64,000 bases of DNA from Hydrolagus colliei (lineage: Eukaryota), in NCBI GenBank assembly GCA_035084275.1, contig CM068758.1, positions 2,356,001-2,420,000 of the forward strand. Reading direction: 5' to 3'. Position numbers and translations under genes: made by a program. The notes under the pieces are model-generated. The model had not been told where the DNA came from. It saw nothing but the letters and a program-made list of their open reading frames with translations, and searched no databases. Shown one piece after another: positions 12,126 through 25,439 of this stretch (within the stretch, counting starts at the first letter, position 1; each line of letters begins with the position of its first letter).

Positions 12126-13839
12126 TGCGGGGAGGGGCTGAATTTTCTCCGGCCTGCAAATGGTTTAGACCGGAGGTGGTGTGGAAGTTGAGCGGTAGTT
12201 AAATATAATATAATAATCCTTACATTTATAAAGCGCTTTCCACATCTTAACGATGTCTCAAAGCACTTCAAACTCAACGCTCTATACAGAACTCTGGCGC
12301 CCATTGGATCAAGGTGCTCAAAAAAGAAAGCAAAGAGCCTTCGAAATTAAGGCTGCATTTGAGAGTTTGCCATTCGTTTCCCTGGACATCCTGATACGCG
12401 ACACAGATAGGTGGCGATGTGTCTGCCCCTGCGCGTGGAATTGTTTGCCCACAAAATACGCAGTCACTCCACTTCACGCCATGTTCCGTGAAGCCGCTTT
12501 GAGACGCGCACAACGACACGGTTAAGGCACTATATCAAAGGCAACAATCGTCACAGTGCCTTTCGTGTCGGGAGGAAGCTTCATATAAACCATTTTTTTT
12601 TAGTGAATAGGATATATATATATATCTCCATCCAATACTTTTTGAACAAAACAACATATTTTCTGACGGAAACTCTCCCCCCATTGAAAATCATGTACAG
12701 CAATAATATCGTAGCGTGTCAACATCCCTGTCACGCACAGGCGATATCAATATGTGCTGACACCCGCTAGTCAAGTCGCACACACTGAGGCTGTCCCACT
12801 CATTTTATTTTTGGAGTGACGGTGTTGGCAGCCTGGGATGTGACTACAGATGGTCGGTGTTGTTCTACTGGGCTGAAACAGCGCCATAGATTTCAGTGGA
12901 AAAGGCAGCCCCTTCTAAACAAAGGCTACGGTTAAAGTAACATTGTTTTGCCTTCCATTGAATTCAGAGGGTGTCTGGAAGATTCACAATCCTGGAATGT
13001 GGGAATTCTCACTCTATGCTAGTGCACAGGGGACATGGGAGGCAGGATAGGGAAGGAGGGAGGGAGGGAGGGAGGGAGGGGTGAGATTAACATCTTCCAA
13101 ACTGCTCTTGAACTATCAGCGTTGCCTTATCTCCCATGTAATGTACTATGAAAGACAAACTTCTCACACAGCCTTGCTTGCTTCAAGTTCAAAAACTGCA
13201 AAATCTAGCCGACATCTCCGATTCGGAAACCCAGCTTGTCAATTTCCACGGTTATTGATCAAACTGCAGGCAGTTAAGAGCAGAGCAGCTTTGTAAAGGA
13301 CGTCAAACTTCCGAACCCCCCCCCCCCACCCCTCTACCCCTCCCCACCTCCTCACCACCACCCACTCCCACTATTTGGCCTTGTAATTCATGATGCTCCT
13401 AATTTCTTCTTCTTTTGAAGAAAAACAAAGCGTTTTGCGGGATGGGAATTCGCGAGACTTTTTAGTGCGGTTGGAACGGCAGCCAAAAGTGCAAACAATG
13501 GACGTGAAGCTCCTGGGTGCTGAGGCAGTGAGAAACAAAGGCAGACTGCACAGCAGCTGAAAAAGGCTGCTTTTTTCTATTTGACTATTTGCTGCGCGTT
13601 TCCCCCGCCCCGAAAAACTGGAAATGATGCATTTCCTACTGGCAGGATTTCGCGCAGCAGAGAACGCAACCCACGCAAGCCAAGACTCACCCGTTTAAAA
13701 AAACAACACACCGCTTAATGGACCCACCGTTTACTGAATTCTCCTGCATGGCAGGTATCTCCTGTGCCAGTATGACACAGAATTTACTAGAATAATAATC
13801 CTTACATTTTGTGTGGTTCTAGATTCTATAAAAGGCTCG

Positions 13840-13980
13840 CAATCAGCTGCTGCACTTCGCCCACACAATGAGCAAGCAATTCACTTCACAATATATTCTG
13901 TGGATCGCTTTGAGACGTCTCAATGACGCGATAGGGCGGTATATCAAATATAAGGCGTATTATTATTATTATTATTATTA
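13840..13980 (+). mobile_element. SINE 3' fragment
   Basis: Family tail with (TAT)n. Confidence 0.85.
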
Positions 13981-13999
13981 CTGGCTCTTTTATGAGCAA

Positions 14000-14230
14000 T
14001 CCCTTCAGTCCCATTTACCTGCCCTTTCATCATTACTCCTGTGGTTTATTCCTTGTGAAGTAATTTGAAGTTTTCTTTTGAAAGCTAATATGGATTCTGC
14101 CTCAACCACCATTCCCACTAGGGCATCCCATATCCTACCTACTCTGTGCATGATGAAAAATTCCTAACCTCCCCCATTTGTTTGTTGGCTAATTATCTTA
14201 AAATGATTCTCTCTAATCACACATCCCTGT
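14000..14230 (-). mobile_element. Old CR1 3' fragment
   Basis: Resembles the antisense 3' region of shark CR1 (TTGAAAGC...TCTGCCTCAACCACC...ACTCTGTG...AAAAATTCCT). Confidence 0.55.
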
Positions 14231-14505
14231 ACCCACTCTCAGAGCTGCATTATAAGAGGTCGGAGATAGGATTATTTGCCCTCTCGTCCTAGTTTAGGAG
14301 TGTTTAGCTGCATGTTAATTAAAACAAACAAATCCGATGAGCTCAGGAAATGCAAGGTGCACTGAACTACTGAACTCAGGAAGTATGGAATACAGAATAG
14401 AATATGAAAGAGAATATGCCCTCAACAATTTGCGTGCTCTCTTGTGAATAAACGTAAAATGATTGTCTCTGTGTATGAAAGCATCTTTCGGTGGGAAATG
14501 GTGTC

Positions 14506-14555
14506 ACACACACACACACACAGACATGCACACACACACACACACACACACACAC
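14506..14555. repeat. (CA)n microsatellite
   Basis: Read directly. Confidence 0.95.
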
Positions 14556-16209
14556 AGCACAGTACACCTAAAGTAGAACAAAAAAGCCCATTTACAGAAC
14601 AGGTGACGATGCAAACAGCTGCAATAGACAATGAAAGAGAAGACAGTTTTTTGAATTCCAAAGATGCACAGAGCTAGTTTTATTGCCTTTATACTGGCAT
14701 CTAGTGGTCCAAAAAACACTAAGCTAAATCTCGTCCGTGTGACAATATCTGCTAGTGATAACGCATCGGTCTGGGGGAGATTTTCATTCCGGTTCATGGA
14801 AAATATCAATTAGCATTTACCGTAACAATTTCTTTCACTCAAGTCCTGTGCCTTTGGATTGCAAGCTATAATTTACACAGGGAATTAATGTGTCTGAGTG
14901 AGATTTTAAATATATATCCCTTGTAATACTTACCTTTCGCGTCAGGACGATGTCTCTAATGACTTCTCGAGACATATTGGAAAGTATAGTGACTGTGTAT
15001 ATATGTAGGAGAACGCGGTAGTCGGTTTGCCCGCAGCGGTGTCCCACAAGTAAACCAGTGCCGGATGCTTTCCGATTTACGACAAGCACAACTGGACAGA
15101 AGCTCAGTTCAAAAATTAGAATGAAACCTGACGTCTGCTGGAATCTCAGTACAATAATGGTAAACGTAGATAACTGAGCCGTGCTTTCTCATGATCAATT
15201 TCACGCAATTTGACGGAATAATTCTTCTGCTGTTTGAGACGTAGACCGGCAGGGATGAGAGCATGCCTATATCACCAAACACTGCCAATGAGTCAGACAG
15301 TCTGGCTTCAAGCATCCTAGATTATTGAGGACCTTCCTAGTTTTCCTACAAGTGTCTTCTCTCAAATCGACTTCAACCCAGGCAGTCCCTCATTTACCTC
15401 CTTCTTATGTTCCTGTGTTTAATAGTTGTGGTTTCCGTAGTGATTAGTAAAAGGGTAAACCGCAGGGTGATCCAATGGGGATTTTAAAACTCCTGTAGAG
15501 TGACAGTTGTGCATTGCATTTGTAGGCAAAGGATTGTTCAATTGCATGCAAAGTTGGGGGTATTTTTACTTAGCTACCAGACGCTCAAAGAGTTAAAGCA
15601 AACTAAGGGAAAGGAGCAATGTCTTTTATACCGAGCGCGCTATATTTCCTTATGGATCCTACGACTGCACCGGGATGATTCATGCCTTGGGTGAGATGCT
15701 GCCAACTGCCTTCAACACAATGAACGTATGTATAGCTTGTTTAGAAGTGGTATAGTATTCACCACATGTTGTTACTGAGCATAATTAAAGAGGCAGAACT
15801 CCCTTTTTCATAGCCTGCCCAGACTGTAATTGTAAATCTAATTTTTCCGGGCGCACTGCACTTTAATAAAATATCTCATGTCAAGTTTCAGGGGTGGAAT
15901 TTGATTTCCGAGTGCCTGTGAATAAATATTACAGTTGCTTTCTGCAGTTTTCCTTTTTTCAGAATTTCAATATACAACAAGAGATCCACACCAAAGGCCA
16001 GGCCACAAACGCACACACGCATGCACGCACACACACACACACAACACACAACATCATAAAATGCGTGAAGTGAATAGGAAGAATTCCGTTGTGTTTCCAA
16101 TGTCATCTGAGATGTCTCCCAATTGCAGCAAATTCATTTCCATGCCATTAAAATCTATTTCTTGAAACTCACATCACATGCAACGACAGTCCAATTCAGT
16201 GCAAGTCCA

Positions 16210-16470
16210 TTAAATAGAGGTGCCTTCATTCAGATTAGATATTCAGGATCCCATGACTCTATTTCAAAAAGGTTTTCTCCTCGTGTCCTGGATCAATAAT
16301 TCCCCAAGATAAAATTGGTCACTCACTGCAGGAAGGTTTGCGGGACATTGCTGTGCACCAATTATCTGTTGCGTTCACTTCCAAAATAGACAGTCATTAT
16401 ACCCTTTAGAGTCCCTTCCTTGTGAACCACTTTGAGATGTCCTCCTCGCGTACAATGCAAAGTTGTACTA
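16210..16470 (+). mobile_element. Old Deu-domain SINE (SacSINE1/AmnSINE1-like)
   Basis: GGATCCCATGACTCTATTTCAAAAAGGTTTTCTCCTCGTGTCCTGG resembles the Deu core GATCCCATGGCACTATTTCGAAGAAGAGCAGGGG...GTGTCCTGG, followed by the shared 3' region. Confidence 0.7.
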
Positions 16471-17179
16471 TCATTCACCCATGAGGGTTGATTGATGAAT
16501 ATTCTGTGGTTTTATCATCGTTCACTTCAAAGTCCAGTAAATATTTCTATGGAATGTTTCCCCCGTGTGAGAGTGTATATGAAGTCTCTGATGAGGCTGG
16601 TTTTGAGTAGTTCACGAAAGCACTAGACTTACACTAACCCTAACCCTAATCCTAACCCATTTAGTGACTTGCTGGAGAGGAGAAGATACTCACTCTAAGG
16701 TCTCTGCTTCTCGTAACTAACCACTATTAATATTAATTATTATTATTATTTTTGCAGTGGATGCAGTGCCTTATCACGTCGTTGAGGCATCTCATACCGC
16801 TTCACAGTATATACCGTAAAGGGTAGTGACTGTGTGTTTCACAGCCCATTTAGTTTATTCCTTTCGCAAACTACACATAACCAGCCAAATCATGGACATC
16901 AGCCTACACTCCGTCACGTGGAGGAAACATTCTATGTAAATATTTACTGGACCTTGAAGTTAATGATGATAAAACCTCATAATATTCATCCATCCTCATT
17001 CATCATCACGTCCTCGCATGTGCTAGACTAAATGGGAATAGATGGCTTCCTCTAGTAAGTGAGTCAGCATGCAGAAGGCAACATAGTTACGATAATCATG
17101 AACAGAAATTACAAGAGATGATTGGAAATCAATTCTTTTTACTGATAGAGTTCCACCTGTCGCTCGAGTTAGGGTGGAA

Positions 17180-17735
17180 ATCGTTGCATTTAATCCATTT
17201 TATCCGCCCGCCGCCGCCGCCCACAAATCTACAGTTGGTTCACTTTACAATATATTCTGGGAAGCGCTTTGCCTCAAAGTGGCGGTAAGGCACTATATCA
17301 AACGCAAAGTTTATTACCGATATTATTTATCCGCATTTAAGATCAATCTTATCCCATTTGCGTTTCAAAACATCACAAAGGAGGTTCACATCCAGGAGGG
17401 AGCCTCTTCTGCCCATTAGATTTTCATGTCAGATTTTGGGGGTTTCGCCCACATATTAATTCACTTTACAGTACATTCTGTGAAGCGCTTTGAGACTTCT
17501 GGAAGTCGTAGAAAGTGCTACATCAATAATAATAATCCTTGCATTTGATATAGGGCTTTTCACGGCTTCTAGACATCCCAAAGCGCTTCGCAGAATATAC
17601 TGTAAAGTGAATCAAATGCAAGGGTTATTATTATTATTATTTGATTGCATCCTTTCCAATATACCCACTTGGGAAGTCCTCCCGATGTGAAAGGCAGCAT
17701 ACAAATGTAATTTTGTCGCTGTTGCTGTTGTTGTT
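17180..17735. mobile_element. Cluster of nested SINE tail fragments in both orientations, plus an L2 tail
   Basis: Several GCGCTTTGAGAC and ATCAAATGCAAGG segments on both strands; L2 (TTG)n tail at about 17665-17735. Confidence 0.8.
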
Positions 17736-18424
17736 GACTGTCCTCCCATTACAGCATCAAGCTGACGAGCTACTGCGAATGTTTGGACATTCATTACACG
17801 TGCTCTCTCCCGAGTCATTTATGGATTGCGGTGATGGCAGGAACTCTTGGGCCTCTCCGCTAGTGACTGCCGTCTCGGCTTACCCGTTTATCATTTGTCA
17901 TCACCCTCTATTTCCTATTGCTAAACAGGTTTTCAAGCTAATTGCAGGGCAGAGTGACTCATCCACAGCGAAGGAGGTGGCTGACTTTCACTCAACATCC
18001 TCGAGTGAAAGCTTTGCCAACATCAGAACTCCACTGCGGAGGATAAGTGCGCCACAGCATGTTGGACCGGCTGGCCTGAAGACACTCCGCATTAAAACAA
18101 ATACACTTAGTCCTCGCTCATCGTCCTCGCGGTTGTAGTTCGCGGAAAGTGAGACTTTAAAGTGAAACGACGCGACGCAAACCCCGCGCAAGAATACCGG
18201 ACATCAACCGAAGACACGTTAAGCGAGCTCTACCTGTACATTATCCAATATGTACAGAATACCCCTCATTATTATCGAGGGCTTCCGAGTCCAGTATATC
18301 ACTGGGGAGTGGGGGGGGGGGGCGGGGGGGTCGTCGTCGTATTGCTGTCGATGTCACCTCCTGCGCAGGTGCGTAACCTACAGGAAGTGTTGTCCATGAC
18401 GGCCTGATAACCCAGATATGAACA

Positions 18425-18540
18425 ACAATAATAATAATAATAATCACCATTGCGTTTGATATAGCTTCTTATCATTTCTTTGAGACGTCTCAAAGCGCTT
18501 CGCAGGATATGCTGTAAAGTGAATTGGCCGTATATTTCTT
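18425..18540 (-). mobile_element. SINE 3' fragment
   Basis: Family tail. Confidence 0.85.
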
Positions 18541-19559
18541 TTTAGAAAAGCCTACTAAAAGGAGGTGGAGGTGGGAGGTGGGTGGGGTGGGGACTGGGGC
18601 GGAAAGATATCCAGCTATTCTGAAAGGAAACAAACAATAGCCAAGAGTATACTTTGTGGAAAAGGAGCAAAATGATATGAATAGCCATTTCACCGCAGTG
18701 TATATCATTAACTCATTCATTGCCCCTCCGATAAAATTGCCAGCACAGGTCAGTTTAGAATCGATCCGAAAGCATTCTCCTCAGGCCGGCTGATTATGCG
18801 CGAAGGTACAATTGGTTTGCGACGGGGTGGGGGTGGTGGGGGGGGGGCGGGAGCTCTTTGATGTGTGTTTCAATTGTTGCTAATTCCCGAGGTCCTATTT
18901 GATCAGCTTCTCTGAATTTCCACCCTCATTTATTATGTCTCTCAATAAGCAACCCATGCAGGATTATAAATGGACTTAACAGGCAACATCTGAAATCTAT
19001 GAAGTGAAATTACCTATGTTGGCTGAATGAAACACAGACGATATTGATTTTCCCTGAAAGACCACAGCCGCGGAATTCCACCTCGTCTTAGCTTGTGCGA
19101 TTCAATTTGACGCCTTTTTTAAAAAAGTTTAGATTATTTCGCAACTCCGCGCTACCTTGAATTTTAAGGCAAAATCACTTCAAAGTCGGAGGCAAGTTGG
19201 CGTTTGGGATCTTGGGTGCACGGAGAACAATTAATTCACCGACAAAGCCTGATGCCATTTGACCGTTTTGTTCAATACAGTGTTTTCTCAATTAAACTCC
19301 CCCCACTGCTAACAGCACTGAGCACATTTCTGTGTCAAAGCCCCAAACTGTTAACTTGGAATTAATTATTTTGAATTTTACACAGGCGCATAAGATACGA
19401 TCTGCAAGTTCCATGTTCCTGACTCGTGATTAAACACAGAACACAGGTTGCAATATGATTCCCCCTCCACCCCCCAAAAACTGCCTCAGAAAGATCACTG
19501 CCACCAGTAAACTCATCCACATGCCCCATCAAAATTCACCATTAGACCCAATTCCTAGA

Positions 19560-19750
19560 GGAGCAGCAGCCCAAGACACTCAGCCGGCATCCCTCCCTCC
19601 CGACTCGCTTCCTCCCTCTCTTCAGTTCGAGATCTGTCTCAAGATCTACCTCTTTGACTGTACAATTTTCCCTTGCCCCTCTCCCCCCATTGCTCCCACC
19701 TACCCACTAGCTTGTGGTTCCAAGCCAATACTGCTAAGTGCTATATATGT
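19560..19750 (+). mobile_element. Old L2 3' fragment
   Basis: CTCAAGATCTACCTCTTTGAC (LKxYLFD motif), then a pyrimidine-rich UTR and a GTGCTATATATGT tail. Confidence 0.6.
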
Positions 19751-20790
19751 ATGGATGCATAGATTGTATGGTTACGTCACTGTACAACCAAACAGGACAC
19801 GTTGCAATGGGGATTAACCTCGGGTGTGATTTTCCCAAATAGATACGCCGTGACCTTCATTGCGTGCTTCCTCCAGATACCTCAGTGGACACTGAGGTCT
19901 AACCATTAATGCAGTGAATCTGAATAAGCCACTTGACCAGTTAACCCTTGACTTGCCAGCCTCCGCCTGACGTGAATGCATCAGGAACGTCGGGGCGCTT
20001 TGAAAAAGCAAGGGGGAGAGAGCTGGGGGAGTTAAGGGCGAAAGCCTCTGATTAAAATCAAACGTGCGCTCAGACAGTTAACTTATTGCATAATTAGGTC
20101 ACTGAATAATGCATTAAAGGCTCCTGGAAAAATTTGGCAACGGCAGCATTCCTGGTTATGCATTAACAACAGCACTGCAGCACAAAGCTTTAGAGATGAC
20201 ACTGGATGAAGAAATGGACTTGCCTGCTGCCGCTCAGGGAATAGAGCGCGGGGGCAAAGCATTGCACTGAGACCGAAAGATCATTAGCATAGCAATGCTG
20301 CATTCACATCAAAAGGCTTACTGTAATGACCGAGCACAATAAATTCATTACAATGCATTTGAGTTCTCTTTAGCTCATCAATAAACCATTTATTATTCAC
20401 TGATTGTGTTCAAAAACCAACAAATCAACTTTTCCTGACATTAACAAATGCCTATTTCAAAACCCAGGTTTAAATCAAGGGTATGCATGTTCTAATGGCT
20501 AGACATCACAGTGCCAGCATTTGGATCCATATTTAAATATATAGCCCGAGTCGTTTGTGTATGATTAATTGATTTCAATGGGAAAAGGCAGCTCAGTAAT
20601 AGAATAAATCAATAAGAGTAATATCAGCTTGTAAGCAGGAAATGGCTTTTGGTGAATTGAGAGAGGCCTGGCCATTCATACATTTATTCTCGCAAAGAAA
20701 GAATTTATTTTGAGGAGGTGATAGAAGCAGTGGCAAGGTGCAACAAGGTGCTTAGTTCATGGAAATAATAATCACATTTACGTACAATTA

Positions 20791-21000
20791 ATGCAATTGC
20801 GTACAGCAGTGTCCCCACAAATAGTCACCAATCGCGATGACCAATTTTTATTATTGTGTTTTTTGGGGACGGATTATTATTGGGCGTGTGTGTGGCGTAC
20901 GGAAACTTGCCCGAGGTTTCGCCCTGACCTGCCTGGATTCGAACACGGATCTCACGCCTGCAAGGCGAGTGCTCTAACCACTGAGTTACAGGAGCTCCAC
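20791..21000 (-). mobile_element. SINE 5' half
   Basis: tRNA-like head and start of body. Confidence 0.92.
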
Positions 21001-22239
21001 GAATGGACAAACTGTTAACAGACCTTGGTGGGAGATAACTGTCTTCCCCAGATATTGTGAGACAGCAATAAACAACAGCAACAAAACTACATGCCTTCCC
21101 CAAAAGAAACGGGTTGCTGGGCTACGTTGCTGTGTCAGTCGAGTTTAACTTCCCCACTTTACGCGGAAGGGTGAGGACAACGAATTGGTTGATTCTGTAA
21201 TGGAAAGAGGTGGATAGGGTAGGTGTTCCGGATGGAAGAAATCAAAGGGACGCAAGAGCCTTTTTCGACTGAATTTGTTTTTTCTTTCTCTCTCTCCCTC
21301 TCTCTCTCTCTCTCCCCGTTGAACACTAATTCAAATCTCCTCCGAAAGTGAAGTACGGTACCAATATTCAAAATAAATGAGCTTCATGCCTTCTGGTTTT
21401 GTATTCCAAAAGTACCATTTGCTTCAATAACCACAGCGGCTGCACCAATAGCAGGGCGGGAAAATCGACAAAATCTCAGCTCTGTGTTCTATTTACACAC
21501 TTCATGAGAAACTCGAGTTCGAAAAGTAAATTGAAGGTGCATTTTAACAAGTTTGGCCGGAAACCAGTAAACCAGCAGGTCAATTTATAACCTTAAACGT
21601 AATGATGTTTGCCTTTGATATATAGTGCCTTTCACGTTGGCTGATCGTCTCAAAGCGCTTCGCGGGATTTATTTCCCTTTCTTTCACGAAGGGAAACCTT
21701 TTCCTGCCTCCATTATTTCGGTATTTTACTTTTCTGAAATGAAAGGAAAGTTTTTTTTATTCATTCTACTCTCTCTTTCCTCTTTTTCAGTTTTTCCAGT
21801 CTTTACTTTGCCTGTTACCTTCTCTCTCTCCCTCTCTTATTTGTCTATTTCTCAACTTCTCCCTTTCATTTTATTTTCTCTCCATTGTTTGGTAGAATTT
21901 TACTGTATTGTGCTTCCCTTTTCCTTCCTTTCCACTTTTCCTGTGCGTGTTCGAAGAATGAGCTGCGCCATTTGCCTACAAATACACAGTCACTTCACTT
22001 CAGGGTAACATCGTGCTTCGAGACATAAATTGAGACAAACTAAAACAAAGCCAAGATTTTTCTCTATGAGATGTTTCAACAGCAAGATAACGCATTATGT
22101 GAATTGCTGGAATGATTATTAGTAGATTTCTTTTGTCTCAAAAGTTGATGCTGCTAATATACAAAATATTATATCACAAAAAGCTCAGCACAATTCAACA
22201 TCTTCTCACAAGTAAATTAGTTTTGACGCAGTTATGATG

Positions 22240-22543
22240 AGAATAATAACAATCATTGCATTTGATATAGCGAATTCACATCTTCTGGATGTCGCTTCAC
22301 ACAATATACTGTAATTGAATTGACTGTATATTTGTGGGCGAAATGCGGCAGCCAATTGCGCACAGCAACGTCCCCACAAGCAGTCGTGGATTGAAATGAC
22401 CAATTTTTTTTTCGAAGGATTATTATTAGGTATGTGGAGTAAGGAAACTTGCCCAAGGTTTCATCTTGACCTGCCTGGATTCGAACACAGGTTTCACGCT
22501 TGCATGGCGAGTGCTCTAATCACTGAGCTATAAGGAGCTCCGC
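22240..22543 (-). mobile_element. Near full-length SINE
   Basis: Head, body and tail. Confidence 0.95.
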
Positions 22544-23221
22544 AAGTTGTGATGAGGTGAATACAAACTGATGACTATGATGTTTCCAAGCCGCCGAATA
22601 ACCTGGTAACATCACTCACTTTATCGACTCATTTGGACAAGGTAATGTGGGTGGTGGGAGTCCGAGCTCGCACAGCCCGAGTCAATGCCTTCAGGAGAGG
22701 AGGAGGAGGCAGAATCGAAAAGGAAGGAAGCAAAAAATGCGATTGACAGATGTGGACTTTCAGTGCGAAGGTCATCAGAACCGGCCGGATAGCCGCCCAC
22801 ATTCATGTTGAAGAGCGTTGGCTTGGAAAAGGACTGACAATGTTGATGGTATTACGTCTAAATTGAAATGGGTGGGTGGGGTGGGGGAAGATATGAAATA
22901 TTTAAGGTTCACTTACTGTATCTTTTCCGACTTTTAGATTAAAATCTCTAATCAAGTCTATCTCCATCCTATTCGGGCTGGCATTAGTCATGGCACATTT
23001 TTTTGGGGAGTGGGGTGTATTTTAACAATGGAAACAGCCCACTTTCTTAATGCGGGCACCTCACAATCGGGACGCAATTCAGTTCGGCTGTAAATTTGTG
23101 CTTCCAGCGCCATTACAACTGACAACCACCAACAAAGTTGGTAAGTTTACCAAGCACTGAAAGCCTACATGAGGCATTCTGTTGTTCTGAAAGGAAGATT
23201 CCATAAGGAGTTCTTTAGAAA

Positions 23222-23430
23222 ATCCGTCCAAAAAAAAACCCACAATAATAAAAATCGGTCATTTCAATCCACGATTGTTTGTGGGGGACGCTGCTGGGCG
23301 CAATTGGGTGCTGCATTTTGCCCACAGATATACAGTCAATTCACTTTACAGTATATTCTGCGAGGCGCTTCTTTGACGTCCAGAAGACATGAAAAGCACT
23401 ATTATAATTTATAATTATTACTATTATTAC
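23222..23430 (+). mobile_element. 5'-truncated SINE
   Basis: Family body and tail. Confidence 0.9.
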
Positions 23431-24619
23431 TTCACTGCCTGACTCTCCAGCTTTTGACTGTACTTCGGAGGCAGTCGCCCTTAAATTATAAGTTTCTTAA
23501 TATTTTATCGGACTGCACGCCCTTCTTATTCATTCCGCAAATTGGATATTTGCTGGACTCGGGATCTTGTAATTCCATTCTGTGAAGGCGCTAATTTCAC
23601 TGCCCAAAGGATGGATATTTCATATTTGTAAAATCAAAAATCAAAACCTGATCATTTACATGTGAAATGGACGGCGGCAGTGTACGCTGCTCCAGAATTA
23701 ATTCAGAGACATGATTAAGCTTCCACCAGCAGCTAGGTGTGCACGGAATGAATAAAAGCTCAACAGTACAGTCAGTTCCAGGTGTGGTTTCACACTGACC
23801 GTCGTAACTCACTTGCGCCTGCGGTGCTTGTGAATTATGAATCTTTCACGCTCTTAAAAAGAAGCGCCATAACTCACCATCATCAGCGAGACCGTCTCCA
23901 TTTAATTGCACACAAATCATCCCTCCTGAAAATATAAGACGAGAGCGGGCGGTGGGCAAAGCGAAATGCGGGTTCACGGGACCCGCGGGAGATTTGGTTA
24001 CGTTTTCATTCGGCGCAGGGTTTACGCTGGTGAATATAGCCAGTCATTATCAGCACGGCATAGTTTGTTCTATTTAGTAATGGTATAAAGTCTTAAGATG
24101 GGAAACTAAAGGCTAAATGGAGCCCACTTGATTCCTTCATCCTGGCAAAATCCACTCAAATAAATTGTGCTTACATTTTTAATTAATGTTTCTTTGATAT
24201 TCAGTGGAGTACATTGCCGAAGGCCTGCAGCAAGAGGGAGAGGGCATTCCACCCATTGAGTCTATTTGATTATTGATAATAATTAATAAAATGTATTAAA
24301 AAATTTATCACGATACAAACAAACGATTAACCATAATAATCATCTGTGCATCTCATAAAGAAAGTAGCACGTCATCCAAATGCCTCAAAGCATCTGGATG
24401 ACGCACTGATTTTCTCTATAAAATGCAAAGATTAGTATTATGATGAATCAGGCTAGCATTTGCTAGTTTATTAGATAATAGCAGATAGTATAATCTGATT
24501 TTTGACTTTATCTCATGTTCGGTTTCTAAGGAAGTAATTGCCATTATTCCCTTTCCGGTGATGAAGCACTACATCAAACACAAGGATTATTAGTGTTGTT
24601 AATATCATCATCATATATT

Positions 24620-24830
24620 AATAATAATCCATTAAAAAACGCAGCAATAAAAATTGGTCATTTCAATCCACGACTGTTTGTGGGGACGCCGCTGTGCGCA
24701 ATTGGCTGCTGCATTTCGCTCATAGATATACAGTCAATTCACTTTACAATATATTCTGTGAAGCGCTTTGAGACGTCGATGAGATGTGAAAAGCGCTATG
24801 TCAAATGCAAGGATTATTATTTATTATCAT
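24620..24830 (+). mobile_element. 5'-truncated SINE
   Basis: Close match to the consensus body and tail. Confidence 0.93.
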
Positions 24831-25159
24831 CTTCAAAGAAACGGATGGATCCATAACGAATGATTTCTTTCTTCTCTTTCGCTCCTCTTTACCTCTGAGG
24901 TGCCATTCATATTGGGGGAACTTCTTCTCTAGCCTCACCTCTCCTTCTCACTGGTTCAGCTGCTGTCTAGACCCTCGGTCGAGACAACAGTAAATGGAGG
25001 CTGCTTTACTCTTAAAATAGTGTGAGTTCGAGTGGTAGAGTCCGAGGCTTTGGCTGCTTCACCACCAAACGACTGAAGTGTGCAAATTTTCGGCGAGCTA
25101 CAACATTGAGTGTCGGCCGATTCTGACCGAGAATCTGCCAAATTATTATAATATTAATG

Positions 25160-25290
25160 ATACTAATTGTCTGCCGTGTTTCACCCACAAAATATACAGT
25201 CAATTCACTTTACAGAATATAGTGTGAAGCCCTTTGACAAGTCTCAAAGATGCGATCAGACCCTATTTTTAAATGCAAACATTACTATTA
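25160..25290 (+). mobile_element. SINE 3' fragment
   Basis: Degenerate family tail. Confidence 0.8.
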
Positions 25291-25439
25291 TTTTTTTAAA
25301 TTAGTATCAGACTATTTACAAAGTGCTTTGAGTCGTCCTCCCAACTTGAATGGAGCTGGCGTCAAATTATTGTTAATCAGCATTAATATTATTGAATCAT
25401 TCAGAAGGTGGGGAGTTAATGCAACCATATAACACTCTC

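Noticed and set aside
12513-12570. Inverted repeat CGACACG...AAGGCACT / AGTGCCTT...CGTGTCG
   Set aside because: Explained by two retroelement tails in opposite orientation.
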